A stretch of DNA of 56,249 nt. Origin: Candidatus Rokuibacteriota bacterium. Its GTDB lineage: Bacteria > JAUVQV01 > DATDCY01. Numbering within the stretch: the first letter of the stretch is position 1; every line of letters starts with the position of its first letter. Below, piece by piece: positions 17,882 through 27,193 of the stretch. A program made the position numbers and the translations under genes. The stretch lies in assembly GCA_031406795.1 (NCBI GenBank), contig JANOHV010000134.1:1-56249 (forward strand). The letters run 5' to 3'. The notes below the pieces were generated by a model. The model saw nothing but the letters and a program-made list of their open reading frames with translations, made no database searches and had not been told where the DNA came from.

Positions 17882-18050
17882 CGGCCAATCTGCGGCAATA
17901 ATCCGATTGCCCCGCGCCTGACGACGGCCCGTAACTCGCGCCGGAGCTTCGGGTTTCATGCCATCGGACCCGTCGGAAGCCATCCGCATATGCAACCCGG
18001 TTATCCGGATGTCGTTAGCGTACTTGGCTTCGACACCGTCGGTATCGTCG

Positions 18051-18079
18051 TTGACAACCTGGCGGGAGCCCGGGAGAAT
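18051..18079 (+). promoter_or_regulatory. Putative sigma70 promoter of the toxin-antitoxin operon
   Basis: TTGACA-N17-GAGAAT about 50 nt upstream of the antitoxin ATG. Confidence 0.5.
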
Positions 18080-18128
18080 GAAGGCAGCCTTACGACAGCA
18101 GTATGGCTTTGGAGGGTAGGGACCGAAC

Positions 18129-18317
18129 ATGTCACTGACTAAGGAAAAGGTCATCGAACTCATCAAGGGGCTGCCGGACGACATCACTGTCGACGACATC
18201 ATGGACGAGTTGTACTTCAAGTCTCAGGTCGACGAGGGGCTTGCCCAGCTCGACCGCGGCGAGGGGATCCCCCACGAGGATGTGGAAAAGCGGATGTCGA
18301 AATGGCTCTCCCGCTAA
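18129..18317 (+). CDS. Type II antitoxin (small acidic partner of a ParE/RelE toxin)
   Basis: 62 aa, LPDDITVDDIMDELYF...GLAQLDRGEGIPHEDV; overlaps the downstream toxin. Confidence 0.8.
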   Translation: MSLTKEKVIELIKGLPDDITVDDIMDELYFKSQVDEGLAQLDRGEGIPHEDVEKRMSKWLSR

Positions 18318-18604
18318 GGTGGGCACCCAAGGCCGCTCACCAACTGCAGGCGATCGTCGAGTACATCGCCCAGGACTCCGAACGCTACGCGGCCATCTTC
18401 GCCCGTAGGGTCCTGCAGACCGTCAGAACGATCCCGGCCCACCCCGACGCCGGCCGTGTCGTTCCCGAGTACGGGGACAAGCACCTGCGGGAAAAGATCC
18501 ACCTTGGCTATCGGATCGTCTACCGCCTCACGCCGAACGCTGTCGAGATCGTTGCCATCTGCCACGGCGCCCGTTTGATCGAGAATGCGATGAGGGACCG
18601 GTAG
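18302..18604 (+). CDS. RelE/ParE family type II toxin
   Basis: LRWAPKA...IVEYIAQDS...GRVVPE...YRIVYR...IVAICHG. Confidence 0.9.
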   Translation: MALPLRWAPKAAHQLQAIVEYIAQDSERYAAIFARRVLQTVRTIPAHPDAGRVVPEYGDKHLREKIHLGYRIVYRLTPNAVEIVAICHGARLIENAMRDR

Positions 18605-18648
18605 CCTGGGATGGGCGCCTTCCCGGGCAGGCCGCAGGCAACAAGGCT

Positions 18649-18679
18649 CGCCTCGCACGTGGACCCTTCTTGGCGGTCT
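18649..18679 (-). repeat. Partial, reverse-orientation copy of the structured repeat family
   Basis: Reverse complement agaccgccaagaagggtccacgtgcgaggcg resembles aggccgctcaaaagggtccaggtgcaaggcg at 47230. Confidence 0.6.
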
Positions 18680-18794
18680 GCCGAATCGCAACTTCCGACG
18701 AACCGCCTCGCCATCTCAATTCCCGGCATCCGGGCGGTCCCGGATGCCGGGCGATGAGCATTGCGGTTACGGGGAAAGCCTGTCAATTGCCATG

Positions 18795-19053
18795 CCCTCG
18801 CGCCCGAGACGGGTCCGGATGCAAGGCGGAGCGTGAACCGACGAATGAGGCGGCCTAGTGGCCGCCGCAGTGAGGAGGGAATGCGACAACGCAGCAGCCG
18901 GGCCAATCACCCCGATCGGAATTCCCCTCGCGCCCGCAGGGGGTCTGTATGCAAGGCGGGCGCCGAACTGACGAATGAGGCGGCCTCGTGGCCGCCGCAG
19001 TGAGGAAGGAGGCGCCCAACGCCGCAGACAGGCCCGCTGCGGGTGCGAGGGGG
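18795..19053. repeat. Two tandem copies (130-bp period) of a structured REP/MITE-like element abutting the tRNA 3' end
   Basis: Shared core TGCAAGGCG...GAGGCGGCCT.GTGGCCGCCGCAG...CAACGC.GCAG; the second copy has terminal inverted repeats cccctcgcgcccgcag/ctgcgggtgcgagggg. Confidence 0.85.
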
Positions 19054-19054
19054 G

Positions 19055-19130
19055 TGGTGGAGATGAGGGGGATCGAACCCCTGACCTCTGCGTTGCGAAC
19101 GCAGCGCTCTCCCAGCTGAGCTACATCCCC
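19055..19130 (-). tRNA. tRNA-Ala (anticodon CGC)
   Basis: GGGGATGTAGCTCAGCTGGGAGAGCGCTGCGTTCGCAACGCAGAGGTCAGGGGTTCGATCCCCCTCATCTCCACCA; 76-nt cloverleaf, G3-U70 pair, encoded CCA. Confidence 0.97.
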
Positions 19131-19236
19131 ACGGCTGCTGCCCGTACCGTCGCCCGAGCCATCGCCCGGGCCCATCGTCGCGAGCGGGATACTACCACAG
19201 GATCCGTCCCGCGGGAAAGACGTTTCCCGCCGGCGG

Positions 19237-20466
19237 TCACCTCCAGACTTCGAGCTCGATCCGGTTCTCCGCCGTCTCCTCGACGAAGAGCCGCAGATTG
19301 CCGAAGTCCATGCGCTTGACCTCCTCCGCGAAGGTCTCGGTCGAGGTGTAGACCGTGTAGTTCGGAAAGTTCGCCTGGCCGATGTACCGCGACAGGCGGG
19401 CCAGCGTCCGCTCGAAACGCGAGAGGTCCATCTTGCGCAGGTTGACGACCGCGAAGGTCACCGTGCGCGGCGGGATCTGGATCCTCAATCGCTCGAGTTC
19501 GGCCTTCAGATCGGGCAGGTTGACGCTGATGCGCTGGGCGACGCGGTACTCGGTGCCGAGAAAGTCCTCCTGCGACTCGAGCACCTTCGCGAGCTTCTCG
19601 ACCGGCATGGCCGACAGCAGGTTGGTCAGGCAGTCCGCAACCTTGAACGGGTCGTCGGGAAGCCAGACCCCCTGCGGCCTGAAGCAAACGTCGCCGTACG
19701 CTTCCTGTTGCAGAGTCACCCCGAGGGTGACGAGCGCTTCGCGCAATGCGATCTTGAGCGCCTTGCGCCGGGCGATCTCGGCGAGGCGCTCGAGCTCCTT
19801 CGGCAGATCAAAGCTCTCCTGAAAACTGGCCTTCCAGCCCTGATTGTCGTAGAAACCGCACAGCGGCACCGTCGATTCGACGGCGAAAATCGTCTCCTCC
19901 GCGGCCGGAACGGCTGCCGGGGCATCGGTCGGCAGCAGGCTCCGGATGCCGGCGAAGATCTCCGGCTCGCTCTTCTCCTCGAAGCCCATGAAGATCTTCT
20001 CGACCTGCCCCTTGAGGTTCACCGAGAGCACGGTCGGGAGAAAGCCCACGCCGAGGAGCTTGCTGATCTTGCCGTCCTCGTCGAAGATCAGCGGGTAGTT
20101 GATCTTGCGCTTCTCGAACTCCTCGAAGCGCCCGATGAAGGTGCGGATGCGCGCCAGGCCCAGGTCGCTGTCGGCGTTGATGCCGATGACCTCGAGCTTG
20201 TCGCCGCCGATCTGTTCCTGCAGGCGGATCAGGCTGGAGATCTCCTCGACGCAGGGCTTGCAGTAGATCGACCAGAACGCGAGAACCAGCACCTTCTTGC
20301 CGAGCAGGGCGCCGACGTCGATCTCCTCCCCGGTGAGCGACCGCCCCTTGAATGCCGGGACGACGTCGCCCTCCTTGACCGTGTTCAGATCGCGCACGCT
20401 CGCCGAAGCCGGCGCGATCGCGCAGAGAAACGCCGTCAGTGCCAGTCCTGCCGCGAATTTCTTCAT
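19237..20466 (-). CDS. TlpA/ResA-like thioredoxin-domain exported protein with a long C-terminal extension
   Basis: Signal peptide MKKFAAG...ASA; LAFWSIYCKPC active site; cis-Pro motif GFLPT; start refined to ATG 20466. Confidence 0.8.
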   Translation of the reverse strand: MKKFAAGLALTAFLCAIAPASASVRDLNTVKEGDVVPAFKGRSLTGEEIDVGALLGKKVLVLAFWSIYCKPCVEEISSLIRLQEQIGGDKLEVIGINADSDLGLARIRTFIGRFEEFEKRKINYPLIFDEDGKISKLLGVGFLPTVLSVNLKGQVEKIFMGFEEKSEPEIFAGIRSLLPTDAPAAVPAAEETIFAVESTVPLCGFYDNQGWKASFQESFDLPKELERLAEIARRKALKIALREALVTLGVTLQQEAYGDVCFRPQGVWLPDDPFKVADCLTNLLSAMPVEKLAKVLESQEDFLGTEYRVAQRISVNLPDLKAELERLRIQIPPRTVTFAVVNLRKMDLSRFERTLARLSRYIGQANFPNYTVYTSTETFAEEVKRMDFGNLRLFVEETAENRIELEVWR

Positions 20467-20485
20467 GACTCTGCCCTCCCTGGGC

Positions 20486-21154
20486 TCATCCGATGAAAGC
20501 GCCTGACCCGCTTCGCGTCGCCCTGCGGCGATGACGCAGGAACTCGACAACTCCGGGCAACACGGAAACGACGATGATCACCATGATGACGAGCGTGAAG
20601 TTCCGCTTGACCATGGGGATGTTGCCGAACAGGTACCCGCCGACGACGAACAGCACGACCCAGACGATGCCGCCGACGATATTGTACAGCAGGAACCGGC
20701 CGTAGTTCATGCTGCCGATCCCCGCGACGAACGGCGCGAAGGTGCGGATGATCGGCATGAACCTGGCGATGATGATGGTCTTGCCGCCATGCTTTTCGTA
20801 GAACTTGTGCGTGCGATCCAGGTGCTCCTTGTTCAGGAAGCGGGTACCCGTCCCGTGGAAGACCTTGGGGCCGACCAGGTGCCCGATCCCGTAGTTCACC
20901 GTGTCCCCCGCGATCGCGGCGACGCTGAGCAGGCCGAGCAGCCAGCCGACTTCCAGGCTGGTGGTGGCGGCAAGCGCCCCCGCGGCGAAGAGCAGCGAAT
21001 CGCCGGGGAGAAAGGGCGTCACCACGAGGCCGGTTTCGCAAAAGACGATCAGGAACAGGATCAGATACGTCCAGAGCCCGTAGTCCCGGATGATCAGCTC
21101 CAAATGCTTGTCGAGATGGATGAAAATGCCGAACGCTTGCTGAAGAAGTTCCAT
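20486..21154 (-). CDS. dedA: DedA family membrane protein
   Basis: ETGLVVTPFLPGDSLLF and ARFMPIIRTFAPFVAG signatures. Confidence 0.93.
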   Translation of the reverse strand: MELLQQAFGIFIHLDKHLELIIRDYGLWTYLILFLIVFCETGLVVTPFLPGDSLLFAAGALAATTSLEVGWLLGLLSVAAIAGDTVNYGIGHLVGPKVFHGTGTRFLNKEHLDRTHKFYEKHGGKTIIIARFMPIIRTFAPFVAGIGSMNYGRFLLYNIVGGIVWVVLFVVGGYLFGNIPMVKRNFTLVIMVIIVVSVLPGVVEFLRHRRRATRSGSGAFIG

Positions 21155-21189
21155 CGTCTCTCCGGGATTACCTTAACCTCGTGGACCGC

Positions 21190-21217
21190 ATTATAGCATC
21201 TGCGCACATGATGTCAC
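21190..21217 (-). promoter_or_regulatory. Putative extended -10 sigma70 promoter for dedA
   Basis: Minus strand GTGACA-N16-TATAAT with TG-C immediately before TATAAT. Confidence 0.55.
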
Positions 21218-21273
21218 GATCAAGTACGCGCGGCCGGCTTGTGGATGCGGCCCGGCTCTGGTATCACGAACCG

Positions 21274-21915
21274 GTGCGCGACGACCCGGAGTGGCTCTTC
21301 GACCTCGACAATACGCTCTATCCGCCCGAGAACGGGCTGTTCGGCGCGGTGGATGCGCGCATCAACCAGTTTCTCGCGACTCATCTGGGTGTCAGCGGCC
21401 CGGCCGCGGACGAGATGCGCCGGCGCTACCACGACCGGTACGGCATCACGCTGGTCGGCCTGATGGAGGAGCACGGCACCGAGCCGCACCACTACCTGGA
21501 TTTCGTCCACCACGTTCCCGTGGGCGCCTATCTCGAGCCCGACCCGGGGCTGCGGGAGCTGGTCGGCGGCTTGCCCGGCCGCCGTTCAATCTTCACGAAC
21601 GGCTCGCGCCGGCACGCGCTGGCGGTGCTCTCGGCGCTCGACATCGAGGGGCTCTTCGAGGAGATCTTCGACATCGTCGCGCTCGGTTTCCGGCCCAAAC
21701 CGGACCCCGCGACGTACCGGACGGTGCTCGAGCGGCTGGGCGTCCCCGCCTCCCGGGCGATCCTGCTGGACGATCTGCCGCGAAACCTGGCGCCGGCCCG
21801 GGAGATCGGCATGCGCACGGTGCTCGTCGGGGCGCCGGATCCCTCGCCGTCCGCCGACTTCTCGATCCGGACGATCCACGACCTGCCGTCGATTCTCCCG
21901 CACCTTCTGGCCTGA
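21274..21915 (+). CDS. HAD-superfamily hydrolase, pyrimidine 5'-nucleotidase-like
   Basis: WLFDLDNTLY (motif I), FTNG, KPDP, LLDD motifs; GTG 21274 is the likely start but uncertain. Confidence 0.85.
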   Translation: MRDDPEWLFDLDNTLYPPENGLFGAVDARINQFLATHLGVSGPAADEMRRRYHDRYGITLVGLMEEHGTEPHHYLDFVHHVPVGAYLEPDPGLRELVGGLPGRRSIFTNGSRRHALAVLSALDIEGLFEEIFDIVALGFRPKPDPATYRTVLERLGVPASRAILLDDLPRNLAPAREIGMRTVLVGAPDPSPSADFSIRTIHDLPSILPHLLA

Positions 21916-21940
21916 AGCGTTCCCGTGCCGGCCGTTGCGG

Positions 21941-24900
21941 TCACTTTCCCTCGGGGAAGTGATAGTTCTTGTAGTGCTCGAGCAGCGACTCGCCGTGGCA
22001 CTCCGCGCACAACGTCCGATCGAGGGCGTTGCCGCGAACGCGCAGGAAACTGTTCGTGACGTCCCCCTCGACCGGCATGCCGGTGCCGGAATTGCTGACG
22101 TCCGCCTCCCAGCGGTGCACGTCGTGGCAGGAGATGCAGGAGAGATACCCGCTGTCCGTCTGCGTGCCATCGTCCGCGAAGACCGGGATTCCGGCCGGAC
22201 CGGCGGCGGCCCTGCGGGTGATGGTGAACTTGCGCGGCAGCAGGCCCTGGCCCGGGTAATTCACCAGGTGGGCCTCCGTGCGGGGCGGCACGTGCGCCCC
22301 CAGATCGTTGCCCGCCCGATGACAGCTGGTGCAGGTCCGACTGCTCTCGTCGCGACCTGCGCCGAAGCCGCGATTCCACAGCACCCGGGCCTCGGGCGCC
22401 CGGTGCATGGCGTGACAGGCCCCGCAGACCCCGCTCGCCTCCGCGTTCTTCCCGTCGCGGTTCACGGCCGCCGGCGCCGTCACCCGAAGGTCGTGGTCCG
22501 AGCCGACGACCATGGACTTCTCGGCGTGGCAGGGGAAGCACAGCGGGGCGTAGCCGTCGGCCCCCTGCCGCAGGAAACTCGTCGCCGACTTCGAGGTCGC
22601 CCCGGAGCCGCCGGCCGGCGTCCAGCGGTGCGGGTCGTGGCACGTCGCGCAGGCGATCCTCCCGCCGGCCTGACGCTTGCCGGCGAGCCCGTACAACGGC
22701 AGGTCCGGACCGAAGTCCTGCCCCGGGCTCACGCCGACCGGGTGCCCGCGCTCACCGACGGTCGTGCCCGAGGCGATCTTTCCGGCCGCGTGGCAGACTT
22801 CGCACGGATCGGTCCCCGGCGCGGGCTTCGCACCCGGTTTCTGCGGTTGCGGCGGGGTGGCGGCCAGCGGTTGCGGCCCGTGGACGCGGTGGCAAGGGTC
22901 ACAGACCCCGGAACGCAGGGCGCCGGGTGAAGCGGACGCACCGCCCTTCGGACCCGTCTGCGTCAGATCGTGGGGTGTCCCCGCGACAGCGGCATGCGCG
23001 GGGTGACAGCCGGCGCACAGATCCGCCGATCCGCCCGCCGGACGCACCAGAAATTTCGTCGCGGCGCTCCCCGACCCGGACGCCCCGCGGTCGGCCGGGT
23101 CGGCCGGGTTCCAGCGGTGCGGGTCGTGGCAGCCGCCGCAACCCACGCTTCTGGCCCCCTTGACGCCGGCCACGGGTGACATGGGATGAAAGCGCTCGGC
23201 AACCACGGCGCCGTCCGCAGCGCCGCCCGAGCGATGACAGACGCCGCAAAAATCCCCGAGATCGGCCGCGGCGCGATCACCGCCGCCGCGCGCCGCCGGC
23301 CAACTCGCGACCGCAAGAGGATCGTGCACGCTGTGGCAGGGCCCGCACGTCGTCCCCTGGGTCTTCGCCAGATCATGGGGGGTTCCGGCGACCACGGCCT
23401 GCGCGGCGTGGCACCCAACGCACAGATCCTTGCCGCCGCCGCCAAGGCTTTCGCGCAGAAATCGGCCGTCCGGCCCGCCGCGATGGACATCGTGGCAGGT
23501 GGCGCACGTGATCACCCCCTGGCGATACCGCCGGCCGTCGCTCCAGAACAGCGGCAGACCCGCCGTCCCCCGGCCAGGGGGGGGCGCCATCCCCAGCGGG
23601 TGGTTCGTGGCGCCGCCGAAAGGCGCGCCGGCCGCGCCGGCCCCGTGGCAGGCGGCGCAGAGCCGCTCGATTGCGCTCTGACCCTCGACGGGCTCGCCGA
23701 GCGGGATGCGCCACCCGTGCTCTCCGTGACAACCGCCGCAGAGTCCCCCGACCGCCGATGCCCCCTTGGCGCTCTGCGGCGCGCGGGCCGAGCTGTGCGG
23801 CGTAGACGCGATCGACGCTTCCCTCGTGTGGCAGAGCAGGCAAGAATAGGACTCGCGCGGAATCACCAGACCCGGGGTCGCGGGGCGTCCCCGGTGGGCG
23901 CGGTGACAGGTCGTGCAGGTGAGCTCGCCCCCCGGGCCCGTCGTCCCGCCGGCCTTGATGAACGACGCGTCGACGCGCGCCCGCCGCGGCTTCACCGAAA
24001 TCGGGTGAGCCCCGAGGGCGGCGGTCTCGGGGTCGAGCGAATTCTGCGCCGGGTGGCAGTAGAGACAGAGCGCCTCCCGGGTCGTCACCAGCTGCGGCGT
24101 GCCGACCCGGCCCGCGTGGGCGCGATGGCAGGAGAGGCAGGTGATGCGCCCCCCGGGTGCGAAGAAGGCCCCGGATTTCGCCAGGCGCGCGCCCTGGGCC
24201 CGCTCGTCCTTCGCGACACCCACCTCCACCGGATGATTCCACGCCTCGCCTTTGCCCGGACCCGCGACGTCGGCGTGACAGCGCCGGCAGATCGTGTCGG
24301 GCTCCGCCCACGTCGCGGCCAGCAACCCCCGGCGGGCTCCCGGCTTCTCGGCGTTGTGCATCCGGTGACAGGATAGGCAATTCGCCTGCTCGGCAGACAC
24401 CGGGTGATTGGCCTCGGACTTCCCGGACGAGAAGTTCTTCTCATGGCACTGGCGGCACAGACGCCCCTCCAGCGCGCTTTTTTCCAGCATCATTCGCCCG
24501 CCGGCCGTCTTGTGGACCTTGTGACACCCGAGGCAGGGCGGGCCGCTCTTGCCGGTGACGTGCGTGGTCAGGCCGGGACCCCGCCCGGCGCGACTGGGGT
24601 TATCGCCGTGACACGGCCCGCAGAGGCTCTCTGCGCTGGCCGCGCGGATCAGGCCCTCCCCCTGCGCCCGGTGCACCGCGTGACAGCCGCCGCAATCCTG
24701 CGGCAGGCCCTTCTCCGCGGCGACCGCCGGGTGCTCGCCCGAGTCGCCCGCGCGCCGTCCCGGGTGGCAGGTCGCGCAGAACGCGTAGCTGCCCTGCGGA
24801 TAGCGCATGAACGGCCGGACGTTCGCCGCCTGCACGTGGGGCGTGTGGCAGGAGCCGCAGGTGACCTTCCCCGCGGCAGGATGGTGACGGCCGCTCCAGA

Positions 24901-25237
24901 GATTCCGCCGGCCATCGCTGACGATGCCGTTGTGGCAGCTGTAGCAGATCCCCGCGTCCCCCGCGCCGGGGCCGCCGGGCGGTTTGAAAACGATCAGCCC
25001 GGCAGCGGCGGCCGGCGCCTTGTCGAGGTGACAGACGCCGCAGCGGCGCGGCAGGATGCTCTCGAGCGCGGATGCCGCCGGCTGGCCCGGAGCGCCGCGG
25101 CCGCCCGGGGGGGGCGTGGGGGCAGACGCACCGGTCTCCAGGCCGCGCGCGGGCAGGCCCACCAGCAGGATCAGCAGCGCCGCGAGCGCTGCGCGGCGGA
25201 TCGGCACCCTACTCCAGAGCGCGGGCGAAGCCCGCAA
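21941..25237 (-). CDS. Very large multiheme cytochrome c (30 CxxCH, doubled-CXXCH type)
   Basis: 30 CxxCH motifs counted, alternating CxxCHxxH and CxxCH with HP motifs; N-terminal hydrophobic signal; start uncertain (25237 or GTG near 25207). Confidence 0.92.
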   Translation of the reverse strand: MRASPALWSRVPIRRAALAALLILLVGLPARGLETGASAPTPPPGGRGAPGQPAASALESILPRRCGVCHLDKAPAAAAGLIVFKPPGGPGAGDAGICYSCHNGIVSDGRRNLWSGRHHPAAGKVTCGSCHTPHVQAANVRPFMRYPQGSYAFCATCHPGRRAGDSGEHPAVAAEKGLPQDCGGCHAVHRAQGEGLIRAASAESLCGPCHGDNPSRAGRGPGLTTHVTGKSGPPCLGCHKVHKTAGGRMMLEKSALEGRLCRQCHEKNFSSGKSEANHPVSAEQANCLSCHRMHNAEKPGARRGLLAATWAEPDTICRRCHADVAGPGKGEAWNHPVEVGVAKDERAQGARLAKSGAFFAPGGRITCLSCHRAHAGRVGTPQLVTTREALCLYCHPAQNSLDPETAALGAHPISVKPRRARVDASFIKAGGTTGPGGELTCTTCHRAHRGRPATPGLVIPRESYSCLLCHTREASIASTPHSSARAPQSAKGASAVGGLCGGCHGEHGWRIPLGEPVEGQSAIERLCAACHGAGAAGAPFGGATNHPLGMAPPPGRGTAGLPLFWSDGRRYRQGVITCATCHDVHRGGPDGRFLRESLGGGGKDLCVGCHAAQAVVAGTPHDLAKTQGTTCGPCHSVHDPLAVASWPAARGGGDRAAADLGDFCGVCHRSGGAADGAVVAERFHPMSPVAGVKGARSVGCGGCHDPHRWNPADPADRGASGSGSAATKFLVRPAGGSADLCAGCHPAHAAVAGTPHDLTQTGPKGGASASPGALRSGVCDPCHRVHGPQPLAATPPQPQKPGAKPAPGTDPCEVCHAAGKIASGTTVGERGHPVGVSPGQDFGPDLPLYGLAGKRQAGGRIACATCHDPHRWTPAGGSGATSKSATSFLRQGADGYAPLCFPCHAEKSMVVGSDHDLRVTAPAAVNRDGKNAEASGVCGACHAMHRAPEARVLWNRGFGAGRDESSRTCTSCHRAGNDLGAHVPPRTEAHLVNYPGQGLLPRKFTITRRAAAGPAGIPVFADDGTQTDSGYLSCISCHDVHRWEADVSNSGTGMPVEGDVTNSFLRVRGNALDRTLCAECHGESLLEHYKNYHFPEGK

Positions 25238-25363
25238 GACAATGGAGGCTTCTGCATGAGCACACCGGCAGTGCTCGCCTGCTGATCGGCATGGAGGTCT
25301 GTCTCACCGAGAGATGATGATCGTTCTCGCGCAGAGCACAAATGCTGCAAAGAAATGCCATGC

Positions 25364-25564
25364 CTACTCCACGGGGCGCTTGAACAGGTAAAAGGCCCCG
25401 AGGACCTCTCCCTGGGCGCTCGTGAAGGGCGTGCTGCCGACGAGTTCCCAGCCGTCCTCGCCCGCCTTGTTCATCTTCATCAGATTGACTCCCGCCTTCG
25501 GACGTCCGCCGAAAATCTCGGGGTTGGACTCGTAGAGCTGCCCATATTCCCACTTCTTCGCCAT
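25364..25564 (-). CDS. DUF4177-like small protein
   Basis: KWEY...NKAGEDGWELV...YLFKRP pattern; GGAGGA RBS. Confidence 0.75.
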   Translation of the reverse strand: MAKKWEYGQLYESNPEIFGGRPKAGVNLMKMNKAGEDGWELVGSTPFTSAQGEVLGAFYLFKRPVE

Positions 25565-25629
25565 CGATTCCTCCCAACCCTGTTGTCGTGCTCGTGGGGA
25601 CGGGTTTCACCCCGGCCCCCGACCACCAG

Positions 25630-26565
25630 TCAGCGCGCGCCGAACTCCCAGGCGCTCACGCGGCCGGCGCCCATCTCTACGATGTATGCGGTGCTGCCGC
25701 GGACGGCCACCCCCGTCGGGCTCTCCAGGGCAAGAGGCCGCCCCTCCTCGCACAACACCCCCTGGTAGCCACCCTGAGAGTCGAAGATCTGCAGCGACCC
25801 GAAATAGGCGTCGGAAACGAGCACGCGATCACCCTCGAGGATCGCCAGCCCGGCCGGCCGGAAGAGGGTTCCCTCCGTCGCGCCGAATTCGCCGATGGCC
25901 GCCAGGGGGTCCCCCTTCGGCGTGAACGCGAGAATCCGGCTGTTGAGCGAGTCGGTCACCAGGATCCGGTCGAGGCTGTCCTGAACGATGCGGAAGGGCG
26001 CGCGAAACTGCGTCGCATTGTCGCCGAGCCCGCCCCAGGAGGCCTGCTTCGCGCCATCCAGCGAGAACACCCTCACCCGGTGGGCGCGATTGTCCGCGAC
26101 GAAGCAGCGCCCGCGCGAGATCAGGATCCCCGTGGGACTCGAATTCTCTCCCGGGTCGCCGGCCGGAAATTCGCGCGCCTGCTTGCCCTTGAGATCGATG
26201 GCGACGATGCGTCCATCGCCGGAGGCGGCCAGAAAGAGCTGGTCGGCGCCACCGAAGCCGATTCCGAGCCACGAAGCGCCCTCCGGCCCGGGAAGCGGGA
26301 TCGTCCCGATGCTGCGCCCTTGCAGATCGAGCACGGCAACCCGCCCGTTGAGGTCGTCCAGCACGTACAGGCGCTCGCCGGCGAGCACCAGGTCGGCCGG
26401 TTGACGGAAGGCGACCTTGCCGGCTTCGCGCACCGAGAAGACCCGGCGCGCGGGAATGCACGCCCCCGCAGCCTCCTCGGGAGCGGCTGCGGCAAGCAGC
26501 GCCGCGAGCACGGCGAACAGAACCGGCGTCAGCTTCGGCAGGGGGCCACCACGGCGGGAACGCAC
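25630..26565 (-). CDS. Exported NHL-repeat (six-bladed beta-propeller) protein
   Basis: FRQPADL, FRAPFRI, LFRPAGL, LESPTGVAV repeats; hydrophobic signal; start refined to GTG 26565. Confidence 0.85.
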   Translation of the reverse strand: MRSRRGGPLPKLTPVLFAVLAALLAAAAPEEAAGACIPARRVFSVREAGKVAFRQPADLVLAGERLYVLDDLNGRVAVLDLQGRSIGTIPLPGPEGASWLGIGFGGADQLFLAASGDGRIVAIDLKGKQAREFPAGDPGENSSPTGILISRGRCFVADNRAHRVRVFSLDGAKQASWGGLGDNATQFRAPFRIVQDSLDRILVTDSLNSRILAFTPKGDPLAAIGEFGATEGTLFRPAGLAILEGDRVLVSDAYFGSLQIFDSQGGYQGVLCEEGRPLALESPTGVAVRGSTAYIVEMGAGRVSAWEFGAR

Positions 26566-26578
26566 ACGGCCCTCGCGC

Positions 26579-27193
26579 TTACCGAATTTGCGGGAAATAC
26601 CACTTCTCGCCGGGTGCGAGCGTGAAGTAATTCGCGAGCCGCTCGAGCGCCGCCACGCGCGCCGGCGAGGAGCCGGGGCGCGCGAGGGCGCCGATGTCTC
26701 CGGGCCGATGGCAGCCACCGCAGGCCGGACCACGCTCAAAACAGCGTCGCCCCGCCATTGCGGCGGAGCGCAGGAGCGCCAACTGGTCCTTCGACAAGCG
26801 CTCACGGGGAACAATTGCGAGAAACGCCGTGGACCCGGCCTGGACCTGCCACGCGGGCGCCGGGCGCGAGCCGGCGGCCGCCGGCCAGTGACAGAGCAGG
26901 CAGTCCATGCGCGTGGCGTGCTCGTTGAGCAAGGCGCGATCCACGCCTCTCCCGGGGTGGGGCAGGCCGGGATGACACTCCGCGCACCAGACGGCCGGGC
27001 CGGCCGGCGAGAGAATCGCGGCCGGCGGGTGTAGCAGCGCTCCCGCAGTCAATTTCGTCTCCAGCGCCGCCAGTTCGGCGGTCGTCGGCGCTGCGGCCGG
27101 GGCACCGGCAATCAGCGTGCTCGCCGCAGCCGCGGCGAGCGCCGTGAAGACCACGAACACCGCAATGCGCTGCCCAAGTCCGGTCCGGTTCAC
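26579..27193 (-). CDS. Triheme cytochrome c
   Basis: CAECH, CLLCH, CGGCH; N-terminal signal/TM; GTGA overlap with the upstream gene. Confidence 0.8.
   Translation of the reverse strand: MNRTGLGQRIAVFVVFTALAAAAASTLIAGAPAAAPTTAELAALETKLTAGALLHPPAAILSPAGPAVWCAECHPGLPHPGRGVDRALLNEHATRMDCLLCHWPAAAGSRPAPAWQVQAGSTAFLAIVPRERLSKDQLALLRSAAMAGRRCFERGPACGGCHRPGDIGALARPGSSPARVAALERLANYFTLAPGEKWYFPQIR

Noticed and set aside
18795..19053. CRISPR-like appearance of the tandem repeats
   Set aside because: Two long structured units without unique spacers, and no cas genes in the window
18855..19319. ORFs overlapping the tRNA and the repeats
   Set aside because: Spurious translations of the tRNA and repeat sequence
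25346..25360. Sigma54-like TGGCATTTCTTTGCA upstream of the 30-heme cytochrome
   Set aside because: Only 9 nt between GG and GC; sigma54 promoters require 10
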